Assembly (NCBI GenBank): GCA_951813565.1
Contig: OX638351.1
Span: 4,672,001-4,736,000, forward strand
DNA from: an uncultured Poribacteria bacterium
Lineage (GTDB): Bacteria; Poribacteria; WGA-4E; WGA-3G
Length of the DNA: 64,000 nt
Direction: 5' to 3'
The position numbers and the translations under genes were made by a program. Shown piece after piece: positions 50,797 through 61,201 of the stretch. How positions within the stretch are numbered: position 1 is the stretch's first letter; each line of letters starts with the position of its first letter. Below the pieces are notes generated by a model that saw only the letters and a list, made by a program, of their open reading frames with translations, was not told where the DNA came from and searched no databases.

Positions 50797-51864
50797 ATGC
50801 CTCTGACACTTGTCAAAAAGTGTTTTTTCAACTACAATGTGTATGTGTACACCTTAGAACCTCTTACACCTCAAAATTGTAACGAATGGGATGCTGTTAT
50901 CCAGCAATGTCCTAATAGCACTGCTTTTCAAGCCTCTGTATGGCGAGATGCACTTGCAAATTCCTTCAAGCAACTTGATCCTGTGCACATGCTTATTAAA
51001 CAAAACGGGACGGTAATCGGTGGAATCCCCGCATTTGTGTTTGAGCCGATACCGGGTATCCGATTGTGGCATTCAATGCCGTGGAACCTATTTGGTGGTC
51101 CACAAATAATTGATGCCGCCAAAGTGGATACCGTATCGTTGATTTCAACCATTGAGACCTATCTTCAAACCGTATCATCTGAAAAAGGGTGGTGTGAACT
51201 GTGCTGGACACTTTTACCCGATGACACTTTAAAATATGGCGATTCGCTAACAGAAATGGGGTATGCACGGACAGAACGGTTTACACATATTTTAAAAACG
51301 AACGGAGATATTGACGCCCTTTGGCACGCCTACAATAAACGTGTCCGAGGTGCTGTTAGGAAAGCGCAAAAATCGGGTGTGGAGGTTACCGATACCGAAA
51401 GTGAGGCGGATTTATCCACATTTTACGACATGTATCTTACAACTGTAAAACGTTTAGGCGGGACACCGAAACCCCGCGCGCTCATGCAAATGCTTCTGCA
51501 GCACGGTATTGCCAAACTTGCTATCGCTACATATCAAGGCACTGTCATTGCAGGATTACTCTATCTCTATTTCAATCGCACTGTAACTTTGTGGTGTGAG
51601 GCTTCTGTACCTGCGTATCTACAATACCGTCCGAATAATGCAATTTTTCACCATATTATCACATGGGCATGCAAGGAAGGGTATGAATGGGTGGATTTCG
51701 GCGCCTCGCCACCGGAAAATGAAGGATTGATTGCACACAAGGAACAATATCGTGCTAAAAAAACTGATTTCTGTAGTTATACCAAGATAGTTTCGTCATT
51801 CAAAAGATCGTTGTGGACACAGAGTGAGAGTGTACTTAGGAAAATTTATACGTGGATGCAGTAG
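50797..51864 (+). CDS. FemAB-like GNAT family N-acetyltransferase
   Basis: RGAVRKAQKSG, PNNAIF, WVDFGAS. True start may be a leaderless GTG at ~50845 after TTGTCA-17-TACAAT. Confidence 0.8.
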   Translation: MPLTLVKKCFFNYNVYVYTLEPLTPQNCNEWDAVIQQCPNSTAFQASVWRDALANSFKQLDPVHMLIKQNGTVIGGIPAFVFEPIPGIRLWHSMPWNLFGGPQIIDAAKVDTVSLISTIETYLQTVSSEKGWCELCWTLLPDDTLKYGDSLTEMGYARTERFTHILKTNGDIDALWHAYNKRVRGAVRKAQKSGVEVTDTESEADLSTFYDMYLTTVKRLGGTPKPRALMQMLLQHGIAKLAIATYQGTVIAGLLYLYFNRTVTLWCEASVPAYLQYRPNNAIFHHIITWACKEGYEWVDFGASPPENEGLIAHKEQYRAKKTDFCSYTKIVSSFKRSLWTQSESVLRKIYTWMQ

Positions 51865-51941
51865 TCCGTATGTCAGTAGAGTTTGTGAAATCTGACGGAC
51901 AAAATAATACAATATAATCACATAGAAATGGAATTATAATT

Positions 51942-53894
51942 ATGAGTCAAACAATCCCCTCCAAAAAGGAAAACTCTCTCATGCAAAAAATAGTAGTTTT
52001 AATTTTAACAATTACGTCGGCGATATGTATTATTCCTGAAAACACGACTGCACAAGACACACAAGATTGGCATTTGCGCCATCTACCCGAAGGCGTGAAA
52101 GCGCGACTCGGTAGAGGCGGTATAACAGGAAACATCGCCTATTCGCCTGACGAAGAATATTTAGCGGCGGCGAGTAGCATCGGCATTTGGGTCTATAACG
52201 CGCAAACAGACGCACCGCTCCAGTTACTCACAGGACATACGGGTAGAGTCACGAGCATTGCGTTTAGTCCAGACCGTTCTTTATTGGCAAGTGCAGGTGA
52301 GGACAAGACCGTCCGTTTGTGGGATGCGCGCACCGGCACTGAACTTCGGACAATGGTGGGACACAATTGGGGTGTTGCAGGTGTAGCGTTCAGTCCAGAT
52401 GGCACACTGTTAGCAAGTGGGTCCCATGACTCGACCGTCAGCCTATGGGATGTGCACACCGGCGAAGAACTCAGGACAATGGACGGGCATACAAAGGATG
52501 TCTTATGTGTTGCTTTTAGTCCGGATGGTGCTACACTGGCGAGTGCAAGTGATGACAGAACGTTGCGTCTGTGGGATGTGCAGACAGGCGCATTGGTGCG
52601 AACAATGAAAGCGTATGAAACAGATGAAATAAAAACCGTTGCGTTTAGTCCGGATGGCAAGACAATTGCAAGTGCCAGTAATCATAACAGCGCACATCTG
52701 TGGGACGCACAGACGGGCAAATTACGCAGCGTGTTGGAAGCACATAATGATAGTATTGGTTTGGAAGGACATAATAGTGATATTGATAGTATTATCTTCA
52801 GTCCAGACGGATCAAAACTGGCAACTGCAAGCCAGGACTACACCGCACGTCTATGGGACGCACAGACAGGAACACATCTCCGCGCGCTGAAAGGACACAC
52901 GTCTAATGTCTTGAGCATCACGTTTAGTCCTGACGGAAAGACGGTGCGGACCGGTAGTCGGGATGGCACCATCCGCTTGTGGGACCCAAACACCAGCGTG
53001 CAGTTGCGGACGATAAGCGGACATACGAATCGTGTCTATAGCGTTATGTTCAGCCCGGATGGGAAAGTGCTTGCCAGCGGAAGCATGGACAATACCATTC
53101 AATTATGGGATACGCGGACAGGAGAATCGCTTCGTGTGCTGAAAGGACATACTCAGCCTGTCAGTAGCGTAGTGTTCAGTCCGGATGGGAAAACTATCGC
53201 GAGTGCTGGTGAGGACGGGACCATTCGTTTATGGGATGCGCAAACAGGGGAATCTCTTCGGACACTGAAGGAGCATCGATTTTGGATATCAAGTCTTGCT
53301 TTCAGTCCAGAAGGGGAGAAACTCGTAAGTACCGGTGATGGCAAAGCACTGCGTGTGTGGGATACGCAAACAGGTGAACAAAGACATATTCTGATGCATA
53401 TCGAGGAGATCAATAGTGTTGCGTTTAGTCCGGATGGGTCTCTGGTGGTGTGCGGACTTGAAAACGGCAGCATCCGCTTGTGGAACTCGAATAAACCGGC
53501 CACCGATAAATTTGGCTGGTCATTGAAAAAGCATACGGGTCCTGTAAATAGCGTTGCGTTCAGGCCGGATGGGTCTTTGTTAGCAAGCGCATCTGAGGAT
53601 GGTTCTATTCGTTTGTGGAATCCACAGACGGGTGAATCTATCCGGACAGTGAAAACAGAAGGGAGTCCTTACCGTTGCGTTACGTTTAGTCCGGATGGGA
53701 AGATATTGGTGAGTGGCGGTTGGGACGCGACCGTCAGTTTATGGGATGTACGCACTGGCGACCTCATTATCGAGTTGAAAGCACATACATCTCTTGTGAA
53801 TAGCGTTACGTTTAGTCCGGATGGAAAAACACTGGCGAGTGGAAGTTCGGATGGCACTGTGTTGTTGTGGGATCTCGCGGTTGATGTGGATTAG
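51942..53894 (+). CDS. Secreted WD40-repeat protein
   Basis: About 13-14 GH...AFSPDG..LAS...D.T.RLWD repeats after a signal peptide. Confidence 0.95.
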   Translation: MSQTIPSKKENSLMQKIVVLILTITSAICIIPENTTAQDTQDWHLRHLPEGVKARLGRGGITGNIAYSPDEEYLAAASSIGIWVYNAQTDAPLQLLTGHTGRVTSIAFSPDRSLLASAGEDKTVRLWDARTGTELRTMVGHNWGVAGVAFSPDGTLLASGSHDSTVSLWDVHTGEELRTMDGHTKDVLCVAFSPDGATLASASDDRTLRLWDVQTGALVRTMKAYETDEIKTVAFSPDGKTIASASNHNSAHLWDAQTGKLRSVLEAHNDSIGLEGHNSDIDSIIFSPDGSKLATASQDYTARLWDAQTGTHLRALKGHTSNVLSITFSPDGKTVRTGSRDGTIRLWDPNTSVQLRTISGHTNRVYSVMFSPDGKVLASGSMDNTIQLWDTRTGESLRVLKGHTQPVSSVVFSPDGKTIASAGEDGTIRLWDAQTGESLRTLKEHRFWISSLAFSPEGEKLVSTGDGKALRVWDTQTGEQRHILMHIEEINSVAFSPDGSLVVCGLENGSIRLWNSNKPATDKFGWSLKKHTGPVNSVAFRPDGSLLASASEDGSIRLWNPQTGESIRTVKTEGSPYRCVTFSPDGKILVSGGWDATVSLWDVRTGDLIIELKAHTSLVNSVTFSPDGKTLASGSSDGTVLLWDLAVDVD

Positions 53895-54084
53895 ACTGCA
53901 CACCTCAACGGTAGGAGCATTTTGTAAACGCGCTGGGCTCAGCTCAAAGACGACACACACGGAGCGTTTAGATGAAGTTTAAAAAATAAATCGGTCCTTT
54001 GGCGAGGTTAGGAAACCTCGCCAGCAGCGGGCACATCTGCCTCGTGCGGACAGAAAATTACCGAAAGAATAAGTTAATCTTCAT

Positions 54085-54427
54085 TTACTATAGTTTGGAC
54101 AATTTGATCCTGTCAGGACTTCCGAATAAGTGTAAAAACTGCAATATAAAGGCTCTTGTATCTCTGAGTTTTGTATGAAATCACTGTATTTTGCGATATT
54201 TTTTGCCAAGATCGTCAAAAATGTGTAAATCTGCTCAGTTTCACGTAGTGTCTTCATCTATTTTTAGATTTTTTTCTAAGTTTTGTTTCGGATCGTTACT
54301 CGCAGAAAAATGCGGAAAAGAGGATCCATTTTGATGTCCTTTCAAAATAGTGTTGTTATATGCTGAAAGGATAAACTCTTTTCTGCTTTTGTGTCAAAAA
54401 AACTTAAAACTGTCCAAAGTATAGTAA
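54085..54427. mobile_element. MITE / internally deleted IS
   Basis: TTACTATAGTTTGGACA / TGTCCAAAGTATAGTAA inverted ends; no long ORF. Confidence 0.65.
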
Positions 54428-54526
54428 TATTAGATGAATTCGGAAAATGCACTATTGAAAACACCGGAATTCCATTCTATCTAACTGATAACCTCAACCC
54501 ACGTTCGTAAATACAGGAAACAATTC

Positions 54527-55357
54527 ATGGAATCTCCTCACCTAACAGAAACACAACGAAAACATTGGCAAGAACAGGGGTATCTTCTCATAAAACAAGT
54601 GCTTTCACCAACAGAAATTGAAGCACTTTTGACAGCAGTGGACTCGGTAATAGAAAGCTACGTCCAGCAGACACCAAATTTACAAGGAGCACGATTTGGA
54701 AAGGGCGCGTACACCATTATACGAGCAATTGAGCGAACCGATGCGCTTGATCCGCTCACCGACCACCCACGCACCTTCGGCACAATCTTATCATTGATGG
54801 GACCGTATCTACAAATAATGGGAACACAAATATATGTGCGTCATCCGGATGCGGAGGCGTTGATGGGGTTTCATACAGATGCTGGACCATCACTCCAACG
54901 GATTCATCCGCACGCTGACAGTCTACCTTTGCAATTCAAAATCCAGTTTTTCTTGACTGATCTTTCTGAACCTGACCAAGCGAATTTTATGTGTGTGCCG
55001 AGGAGCCATAAAAAGCCGTTTCCAGAAAAACGATTTCAAAAAGGCAAGTATCCTGAAGGAGCAGTCCAAGTCCTCGCTGAGGCAGGAGATGCAGTTATTT
55101 TTCCGTGGGCATTGTGGCACGGCGTCGGTCCAAATCGGACTGACAGCATCCGAAAAAGTGTTACATTCCGTTATGGGCAGATGTGGTGCCGCCCTTACGA
55201 TTACGACAAACTTCCCGCAGATGTGTTAGAACGGATGACACCGCGTCGCCGTAGGTTATTCGGCGATATGGGAGAGGATTTTCATCCTACCGATTACTAC
55301 AAACCGAAAGACCAAATTGATATTATTTGTAGCGATGAATGGCATTTATCTTTATAA
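54527..55357 (+). CDS. Phytanoyl-CoA dioxygenase (PhyH) family protein
   Basis: QGYLLIKQVL, FHTD (HxD), VPRSH, AGDAVIF..LWHG, conserved R. Confidence 0.9.
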   Translation: MESPHLTETQRKHWQEQGYLLIKQVLSPTEIEALLTAVDSVIESYVQQTPNLQGARFGKGAYTIIRAIERTDALDPLTDHPRTFGTILSLMGPYLQIMGTQIYVRHPDAEALMGFHTDAGPSLQRIHPHADSLPLQFKIQFFLTDLSEPDQANFMCVPRSHKKPFPEKRFQKGKYPEGAVQVLAEAGDAVIFPWALWHGVGPNRTDSIRKSVTFRYGQMWCRPYDYDKLPADVLERMTPRRRRLFGDMGEDFHPTDYYKPKDQIDIICSDEWHLSL

Positions 55358-55584
55358 CGACTTGTGTTAGTTAACTATTTGTTTGTATTCTTTTCACACA
55401 TATTGAACTCATGTTATACACATATCGTCCCTACCAAATCAACGTCAAATGCGCTTATGGCATTTGTCGGGACTGAAGAAGGAATCAACTAATGATAAAA
55501 ACTAACAAAACGTCATGTAATTGTGAAACAATATTTTACAAATAGTTATTTAGCACAACACGTCTTTATAATAAAGAAGTGATC

Positions 55585-56502
55585 CTAACTCGCTTGCTGC
55601 AATTTCAGAAACAGGTCTCGGAAAATTGCATCACGATTCACGCTTGTCGCAACACGCATCAGGTGCCGATTGTTATCAAAACTCCACGTTACAGCATCTG
55701 TCAGAATAGGACTATGCACAATTTCTGTTGGCACCCAACTGCTATTGACAAGATACGCTGTCGCTGATATATCCCAGATAACTTTTGACCAACCGAAGTG
55801 GTCTTTGTGGTAGTCTTTGAAAATTTCAACGAGATAATCACCGATTTTTCCCTGTCCTTGAACGTAACGCTCCATCTCAGCGACTGTTGTGTGTAAATGT
55901 GAAACCACGCCACGTGCGGGAAGATGGACAAACGGCACACCACAATCAAGAACCAATCGCGCAGCGTGGATATCTTGTGCCAAGTTGAATTCTCGTGTAT
56001 GAGACCAGTATAGCGGATTACCACCAAGCCAGACTACTACTATATTTTTGATAATTTCAGGTTCAAGCAGAATTGCAGAAGCAACATTCGTAATTGCCCC
56101 AACAGCGACAACGTAAAGAGGCTCATCGGTGTTTGCTATTGCGCGTTCAATCATATCGGTTGCTGCATCGCTCGGCACAGCAGCCTTTCCATCTGACAGG
56201 AAAGTCTTTGAACCGCGATAAACAAAACCATCGGAATCAACGCCAAGAAAGTCTAATAGCCGCAGAATTTCGTCGTAGCTTTTCTCCATGCCATCTTCAG
56301 CATTCGCAGAACGGTTGTTGTGAAAGGGGGCAGCGTATATCGCTTCAACATTGAGTTGATCGGGTGAGAGAAGCGCGTGAACAACTGCAAACTGGTCGTC
56401 AATTTCATTGTAGGTGTCCGTATCAAGCACCATTCGGACGCGTCCCTCTGGAAGTTGTAACATCTCTAAACATCTTGACTCAGACAGGTTTGGGAAGTTC
56501 AT
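55585..56502 (-). CDS. Nucleoside hydrolase family protein
   Basis: LDTDTYNEIDD, GAITN, EFN, IWD motifs. Confidence 0.88.
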   Translation of the reverse strand: MNFPNLSESRCLEMLQLPEGRVRMVLDTDTYNEIDDQFAVVHALLSPDQLNVEAIYAAPFHNNRSANAEDGMEKSYDEILRLLDFLGVDSDGFVYRGSKTFLSDGKAAVPSDAATDMIERAIANTDEPLYVVAVGAITNVASAILLEPEIIKNIVVVWLGGNPLYWSHTREFNLAQDIHAARLVLDCGVPFVHLPARGVVSHLHTTVAEMERYVQGQGKIGDYLVEIFKDYHKDHFGWSKVIWDISATAYLVNSSWVPTEIVHSPILTDAVTWSFDNNRHLMRVATSVNRDAIFRDLFLKLQQAS

Positions 56503-56790
56503 TTGTATTGCCTTTATTGCTTTGGATTTTCTATAGTGTATCACATTATCAGGGATGAAAGTCAATTGATTTCTGAAATAGAGTATGACTATTTGGTATT
56601 AGGATTTTTGCACAAATTTATTGATGAGTCGCGAGCTGGAGCTCGCTCCTACAGGAAGAGTCTTGAGCAGAAGATTGGAAAGGCATTGCCGCTTTAAACT
56701 TGTTTGAAAATTTCAGAGTTTCAGAGTAAAGTGCGAAATGCAGCCACGAAATTGGAATATAAATTTGACGTTAGTAACTTTGCTGCAAAT

Positions 56791-56905
56791 GATAATGAGA
56801 CTCTTTATTATGAATTTTAAAAGAAAATGAGTTTCATTATCATTTAATTTTTATGATATTGAGACTCAGTATTACTTTAAATATACGATATTAAGTCTCA
56901 TTATC
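56791..56905. promoter_or_regulatory. Array of four Fur-box-like 19-bp palindromes with 32-bp period
   Basis: GATAATGAGACTCTTTATT (56791), GAAAATGAGTTTCATTATC (56823), GATATTGAGACTCAGTATT (56855), GATATTAAGTCTCATTATC (56887). Confidence 0.7.
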
Positions 56906-57188
56906 AAGTTTATCGTTGTATTACTGAAACTTACTAATATACTTTTGCTTATTTTTATATATTCTATTTGTGAAACTTTGCAGGTCGTTTGTGAAATTCA
57001 ATTGATTGTTAGAAATATGATAAGGTTTGTTGGTTTTATATCGCTCAAATGCCTCAAATTTCGTTTTTATAGCCATAATTTGGTTTGGCGTAGGAAAATA
57101 TAGTAGGTAAGTTCGAATTAATGCTAAGAGAGGCAATTTACAGGTAAATTTGCTTTATGTAATCATCTATACGGAACAATCCTTTATA

Positions 57189-57303
57189 GGGTGTGTAAAG
57201 TTTTTGTAGAAATCCGCACAACTCCTATTGTAGGGGCGGGTCCCTGTGCCCACCCATTGTTCCATCTTCAAGACATGGCGAGGCACAGAGACCTCGCCCT
57301 ACA
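57189..57303. repeat. Partial copy of the 21514 MITE with an uninterrupted REP doublet
   Basis: GGGTGTGTAAAGTTTTTGTAGAAATCCGCACAACTCCTATTGTAGGGGCGGG nearly matches 21514 onward; right TIR not found. Confidence 0.75.
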
Positions 57304-57579
57304 AATGATTTATGAGATAGGTTGTAGTAAGGTTACTCTGAAAACTCTAAATTTCTGACTGTTCATAGTCGTACCGTGCAGGATAATTGGAAGGAAGCAT
57401 GCCGCTAAATGTGTTTTCACCTTTCATTGCTGATATAAACGGTTGACATAGTTTTGGTTTTATTGTATAATTCTTGATAATATTGTACAAGAATACTATT
57501 TCGCAGCTTATCGGAATGGAGATTGTACTGAGACAGAAGTTATAGCATTTAGAAATCACTGCTCTCAACGCACCTAAAT

Positions 57580-58578
57580 ATGAATGCACTCCGTCTATTC
57601 GTTAACGGCTTTCTGATAGGCATCGCCAACATTATTCCGGGAATGAGTGGTGGCACGCTCGCTCTTGTTTTAGGAATTTATGAACGCTTAATCACAGCAT
57701 TACGTAACATAGGTGCTTCTACTGTTAAGCGGTTGCTCAGCATTTTCACCTTTAGAAAGACTGCATTCTCAGACTTTCAAGATGAATTACGTCGTATTGA
57801 TTTTAGTTTCCTGATGATATTAGGCATTGGTGCTGTTGCTGCAGTGTTGATGTCGTCAAAACTGATTGTATATCTATTAGACTCTCACCATGATGCGACT
57901 TACGGTTTCTTTTTCGGCTTGGTTCTGACATCTATTCTGATACCGTTGCGGATGCTAAAGGGATTTGGTTGGCGGGAATTTTTGGTCTTGCTCGTAGCGA
58001 TTGCGCTGCTCGTTTTTGCTGAAGAACTCAAAAAATCTGCTGCGGGTTCAACATCAGTTTCAGGTGAAGGTTTAGAAGTATCAATTGGGACACTGGCCAT
58101 ATTTTTTGGATGTGGCGCACTGGCAATTTCAGCAATGATTCTTCCCGGTGTTAGTGGTTCGTTTCTATTACTTGCATTCGGTGTCTATTTTCCGCTCGTA
58201 ACAGCGATTAAGAATTTCATGGAGGATGTTCCGACTTTATTTAAAGGAGACGTAAATCCCTCAATTCTTAGTAACCTGTTGATACTCGCTTTTTTTGCAC
58301 TCGGTTGTTTGTTTGGTCTTTTAGCATTCACAAGGTTGCTAAACTTTTTACTGGAACGCTACCGTAATCTAACAATCGCCTTTTTAATAGGGTTAATGGC
58401 GGGTTCTTTATACGGCTTATGGCCATTTCGTGCATCTGTGGCGGTTGGCGAAAAAAGGTATGATACGGCGCACTTGCTTCCACAATTAGACATGAATTTG
58501 CTCATCACAGTGAGTGTTTTTCTGGTTGGCTGTGTGATAATCTTAGGGTTTTCCCGATTAGAGAAGGAGACGGGATGA
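57580..58578 (+). CDS. DUF368 membrane protein (undecaprenyl-phosphate flippase family)
   Basis: IIPGMSGGTLA and MILPGVSGS repeats. Confidence 0.88.
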   Translation: MNALRLFVNGFLIGIANIIPGMSGGTLALVLGIYERLITALRNIGASTVKRLLSIFTFRKTAFSDFQDELRRIDFSFLMILGIGAVAAVLMSSKLIVYLLDSHHDATYGFFFGLVLTSILIPLRMLKGFGWREFLVLLVAIALLVFAEELKKSAAGSTSVSGEGLEVSIGTLAIFFGCGALAISAMILPGVSGSFLLLAFGVYFPLVTAIKNFMEDVPTLFKGDVNPSILSNLLILAFFALGCLFGLLAFTRLLNFLLERYRNLTIAFLIGLMAGSLYGLWPFRASVAVGEKRYDTAHLLPQLDMNLLITVSVFLVGCVIILGFSRLEKETG

Positions 58579-59438
58579 CGAAAAAGGTCGGTTTTTTTGT
58601 CAATACCACAAAGGAGAAAGCACCCCAAATTGTGGCGGACGTCTCGGAGTTACTAAAGAAAGCAGGTGTCGTTCCATTAGTACCTGATGAACAAGCAAAA
58701 GCACTCGGACTGCCATTAACAGGAATCACCACAACTCAGATGGTAGAAGAGGCTAATGTGATACTCGTCCTTGGTGGGGATGGGACTCTTCTCAGTGCAG
58801 CGCATACACCACAGATTGAAAATGTACCGATCCTTGCTATCAATATTGGACACCTTGGGTTTTTGACAGATGCGTCACTGGATGAACTGAAACCGACTTT
58901 AAAGGCAACACTACAAGGGGATTATCGGATAGAGCATCGGATGATGTTAGAGGTTGTTGTGAATAGTCAAAGCCCGCAACCATTCCATGCTTTTGCGCTG
59001 AACGATGTTGTCATCCGACACTATACACGGCTAATTGAGTTGAACGCTTATGTTGATGGTGAACTGTTTATTCCGTATAATGCAGATGGATTGATAATTG
59101 CGACGCCAAGTGGCTCAACAGGGTATTCGCTCGCGTGTGGTGGAACGATTGTGGCACCCCAATTGGAAGCGATTTTGCTGACACCCATCGCACCGCACAG
59201 TCTCACCGTGCGCCCCTTTATCGCACACGGGGACGCTAAAATAAAAGTCGAGATGCATTCTACGTATGAACATCTGGATCTATTTATTGATGGACAACGT
59301 GAAACGCATACCCTTGCAAGGGAAGCTGAGATAAAAGTACAGAAAGCAAAACGAACAATTCAGCTCATCCGATCTCGCAGTCATAGTTACTACAAAGCAT
59401 TGCGTGAAAAGTTGATGTTAGGTGAAAGAATCAAATAA
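58575..59438 (+). CDS. nadK: NAD(+) kinase
   Basis: LGGDGTLL, GHLGFL, ALND, ATPSGSTGYSL. Confidence 0.95.
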   Translation: MTKKVGFFVNTTKEKAPQIVADVSELLKKAGVVPLVPDEQAKALGLPLTGITTTQMVEEANVILVLGGDGTLLSAAHTPQIENVPILAINIGHLGFLTDASLDELKPTLKATLQGDYRIEHRMMLEVVVNSQSPQPFHAFALNDVVIRHYTRLIELNAYVDGELFIPYNADGLIIATPSGSTGYSLACGGTIVAPQLEAILLTPIAPHSLTVRPFIAHGDAKIKVEMHSTYEHLDLFIDGQRETHTLAREAEIKVQKAKRTIQLIRSRSHSYYKALREKLMLGERIK

Positions 59439-59468
59439 GATATTTTTAGGTTTTTAAAGGAAAAAACC

Positions 59469-61175
59469 GTGATAGAAGCGATCTCTATCCACAACATTGC
59501 CCTGATAGACGAACTTGAATTGGAACTCTCACCGGGATTGAACATCTTCACAGGTGAGACAGGAGCAGGAAAATCGGTCATCCTCAAATCAATTGGCTTG
59601 GTTTTAGGAGAACGAACTTCTGCCGATATTGTGCGAGAAGGCACCAGCTCTGCGGCTGTGGAAGTCAGTGTTGTGCCGTCATCAGCGCTGCCGACAGATA
59701 CGGAATCGGGTGATACCTTAGTTCTCGCCAGACAAATAAGTGCAAACGGTAGAAGTCGATGTCGTATTAACGGAGAACTGGCAAACTTAAAACAGTTAGA
59801 GGAATTGGGAACTCTATTGGTTGATATTCATGGGCAACACGAACATCAATCTTTGTTTAGAACCGAAATGCATCTTGAACTATTAGATGATTTTGGAGAG
59901 ACCGACACAGAGCGGCAAAAGGTTAGCGAAAAATATCATCACCTCCTTAATTTGCAACGGGAGATGGATTCACTGATACATACATTGCGAACATCTGAAC
60001 GCGAAAAGGAACTGCTTGAATTTGAGGTCCAGGAACTTGCTGCTGCAAACCTGCAAGAAAGTGAAGAGGAAGCACTAACATCTGAAATGCAAGTGCTAAA
60101 TAATGCGGAAGAATTGTACGAGTCCGCAAACCTTGTGTATGAACAACTTGACGGTCAAGCGCAAACGGAATTTGGAGGCACAAGTTCTGGCAGTAGCGTT
60201 TCAGTGTTACAAAATTTGAGAGATTCTGCTAAGACTTTTGCAAAGTTGTCTGAAATGGATACAAGTCTTTCGGAATTGAGCGAGCGGATAGATTCATCTT
60301 TATACGAACTTGAGGATATTGCTTCACAAATTCGGCAGTACGCAGACACTGTGGAGTTTAATCCGGCACGCCTATCAGAAGTGACTGATCGGCTGGAGCT
60401 TATCTCTAAATTCAAAAGGCGATATGGCAACACAATTTCAGAGATGTTAGATTACCAAGTAGAAGCAGAACGTAAGTTAGAGGACTTAGAACTCGGCTCT
60501 GAAAAAATTGATTCACTCAAAGAGCAAATTCGTAAAATGAAACTGGAGGCACAGGAATTGTGTATTGCGTTGTCCGAAAAACGCAAAAAGGTTGCGCAAA
60601 CGCTTTCAGCATTAGTTCAGAAGGAGCTTCAGGAACTTGGCATGGAAAAAGCGGAATTTCGGACATTGGTAGAACCTATTCAAGATGAAAATGGTTTTCT
60701 TTTGATTGATGGAAACCGTTATGCGTGCCGTGAGCACGGTATGGATAAAGTTGAGTTCTTAATTGCGCCTAACGTCGGGTCTGAGTTGCGTCCGTTGGCA
60801 AGAATCGCATCGGGTGGTGAGATATCGCGTGTCATGCTTGCCCTAAAGACAGTGTTAGTTCAAGTAGACAACATCCCGACTGTGCTTTTTGATGAAATTG
60901 ACAGCGGAATAGGCGGTAAAATCGCTGATGTCGTTGGTATGAAATTAAAGGAGCTTTCCCAATCTGCTCAAGTTATCTGCATTACACATTTACCGCAGAT
61001 TGCACGTTTTGCGGATCGTCATTTTCTGGTTGAAAAAGAGGTTGTGAATGAACGAACACTGATTACTGCTAAACCGCTGACAGAAGCTGAACGGGTCACA
61101 GAGATCGCACGTATGCACGGTGGAAAAGAGACGGAAGTTGGGCTTGCCCATGCGCGAGAATTATTGAGTGGATAA
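59469..61175 (+). CDS. recN: DNA repair protein RecN
   Basis: TGETGAGKS, DIHGQHEHQ, ASGGEISR, FDEID, ITHLPQ; follows nadK. Confidence 0.96.
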   Translation: MIEAISIHNIALIDELELELSPGLNIFTGETGAGKSVILKSIGLVLGERTSADIVREGTSSAAVEVSVVPSSALPTDTESGDTLVLARQISANGRSRCRINGELANLKQLEELGTLLVDIHGQHEHQSLFRTEMHLELLDDFGETDTERQKVSEKYHHLLNLQREMDSLIHTLRTSEREKELLEFEVQELAAANLQESEEEALTSEMQVLNNAEELYESANLVYEQLDGQAQTEFGGTSSGSSVSVLQNLRDSAKTFAKLSEMDTSLSELSERIDSSLYELEDIASQIRQYADTVEFNPARLSEVTDRLELISKFKRRYGNTISEMLDYQVEAERKLEDLELGSEKIDSLKEQIRKMKLEAQELCIALSEKRKKVAQTLSALVQKELQELGMEKAEFRTLVEPIQDENGFLLIDGNRYACREHGMDKVEFLIAPNVGSELRPLARIASGGEISRVMLALKTVLVQVDNIPTVLFDEIDSGIGGKIADVVGMKLKELSQSAQVICITHLPQIARFADRHFLVEKEVVNERTLITAKPLTEAERVTEIARMHGGKETEVGLAHARELLSG

Positions 61176-61201
61176 TACCATTCAAAGGATCATTATAAAC
61201 T

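Noticed and set aside
51942..53894. Nucleotide repeat array (TTTAGTCCGGATGG)
   Set aside because: Fully explained by WD40 coding repeats (FSPDG).
56791..56905. CRISPR array or replication origin
   Set aside because: Repeats are 19 bp and degenerate, spacers only 13 bp, there are no cas genes, and I saw no DnaA-box cluster.
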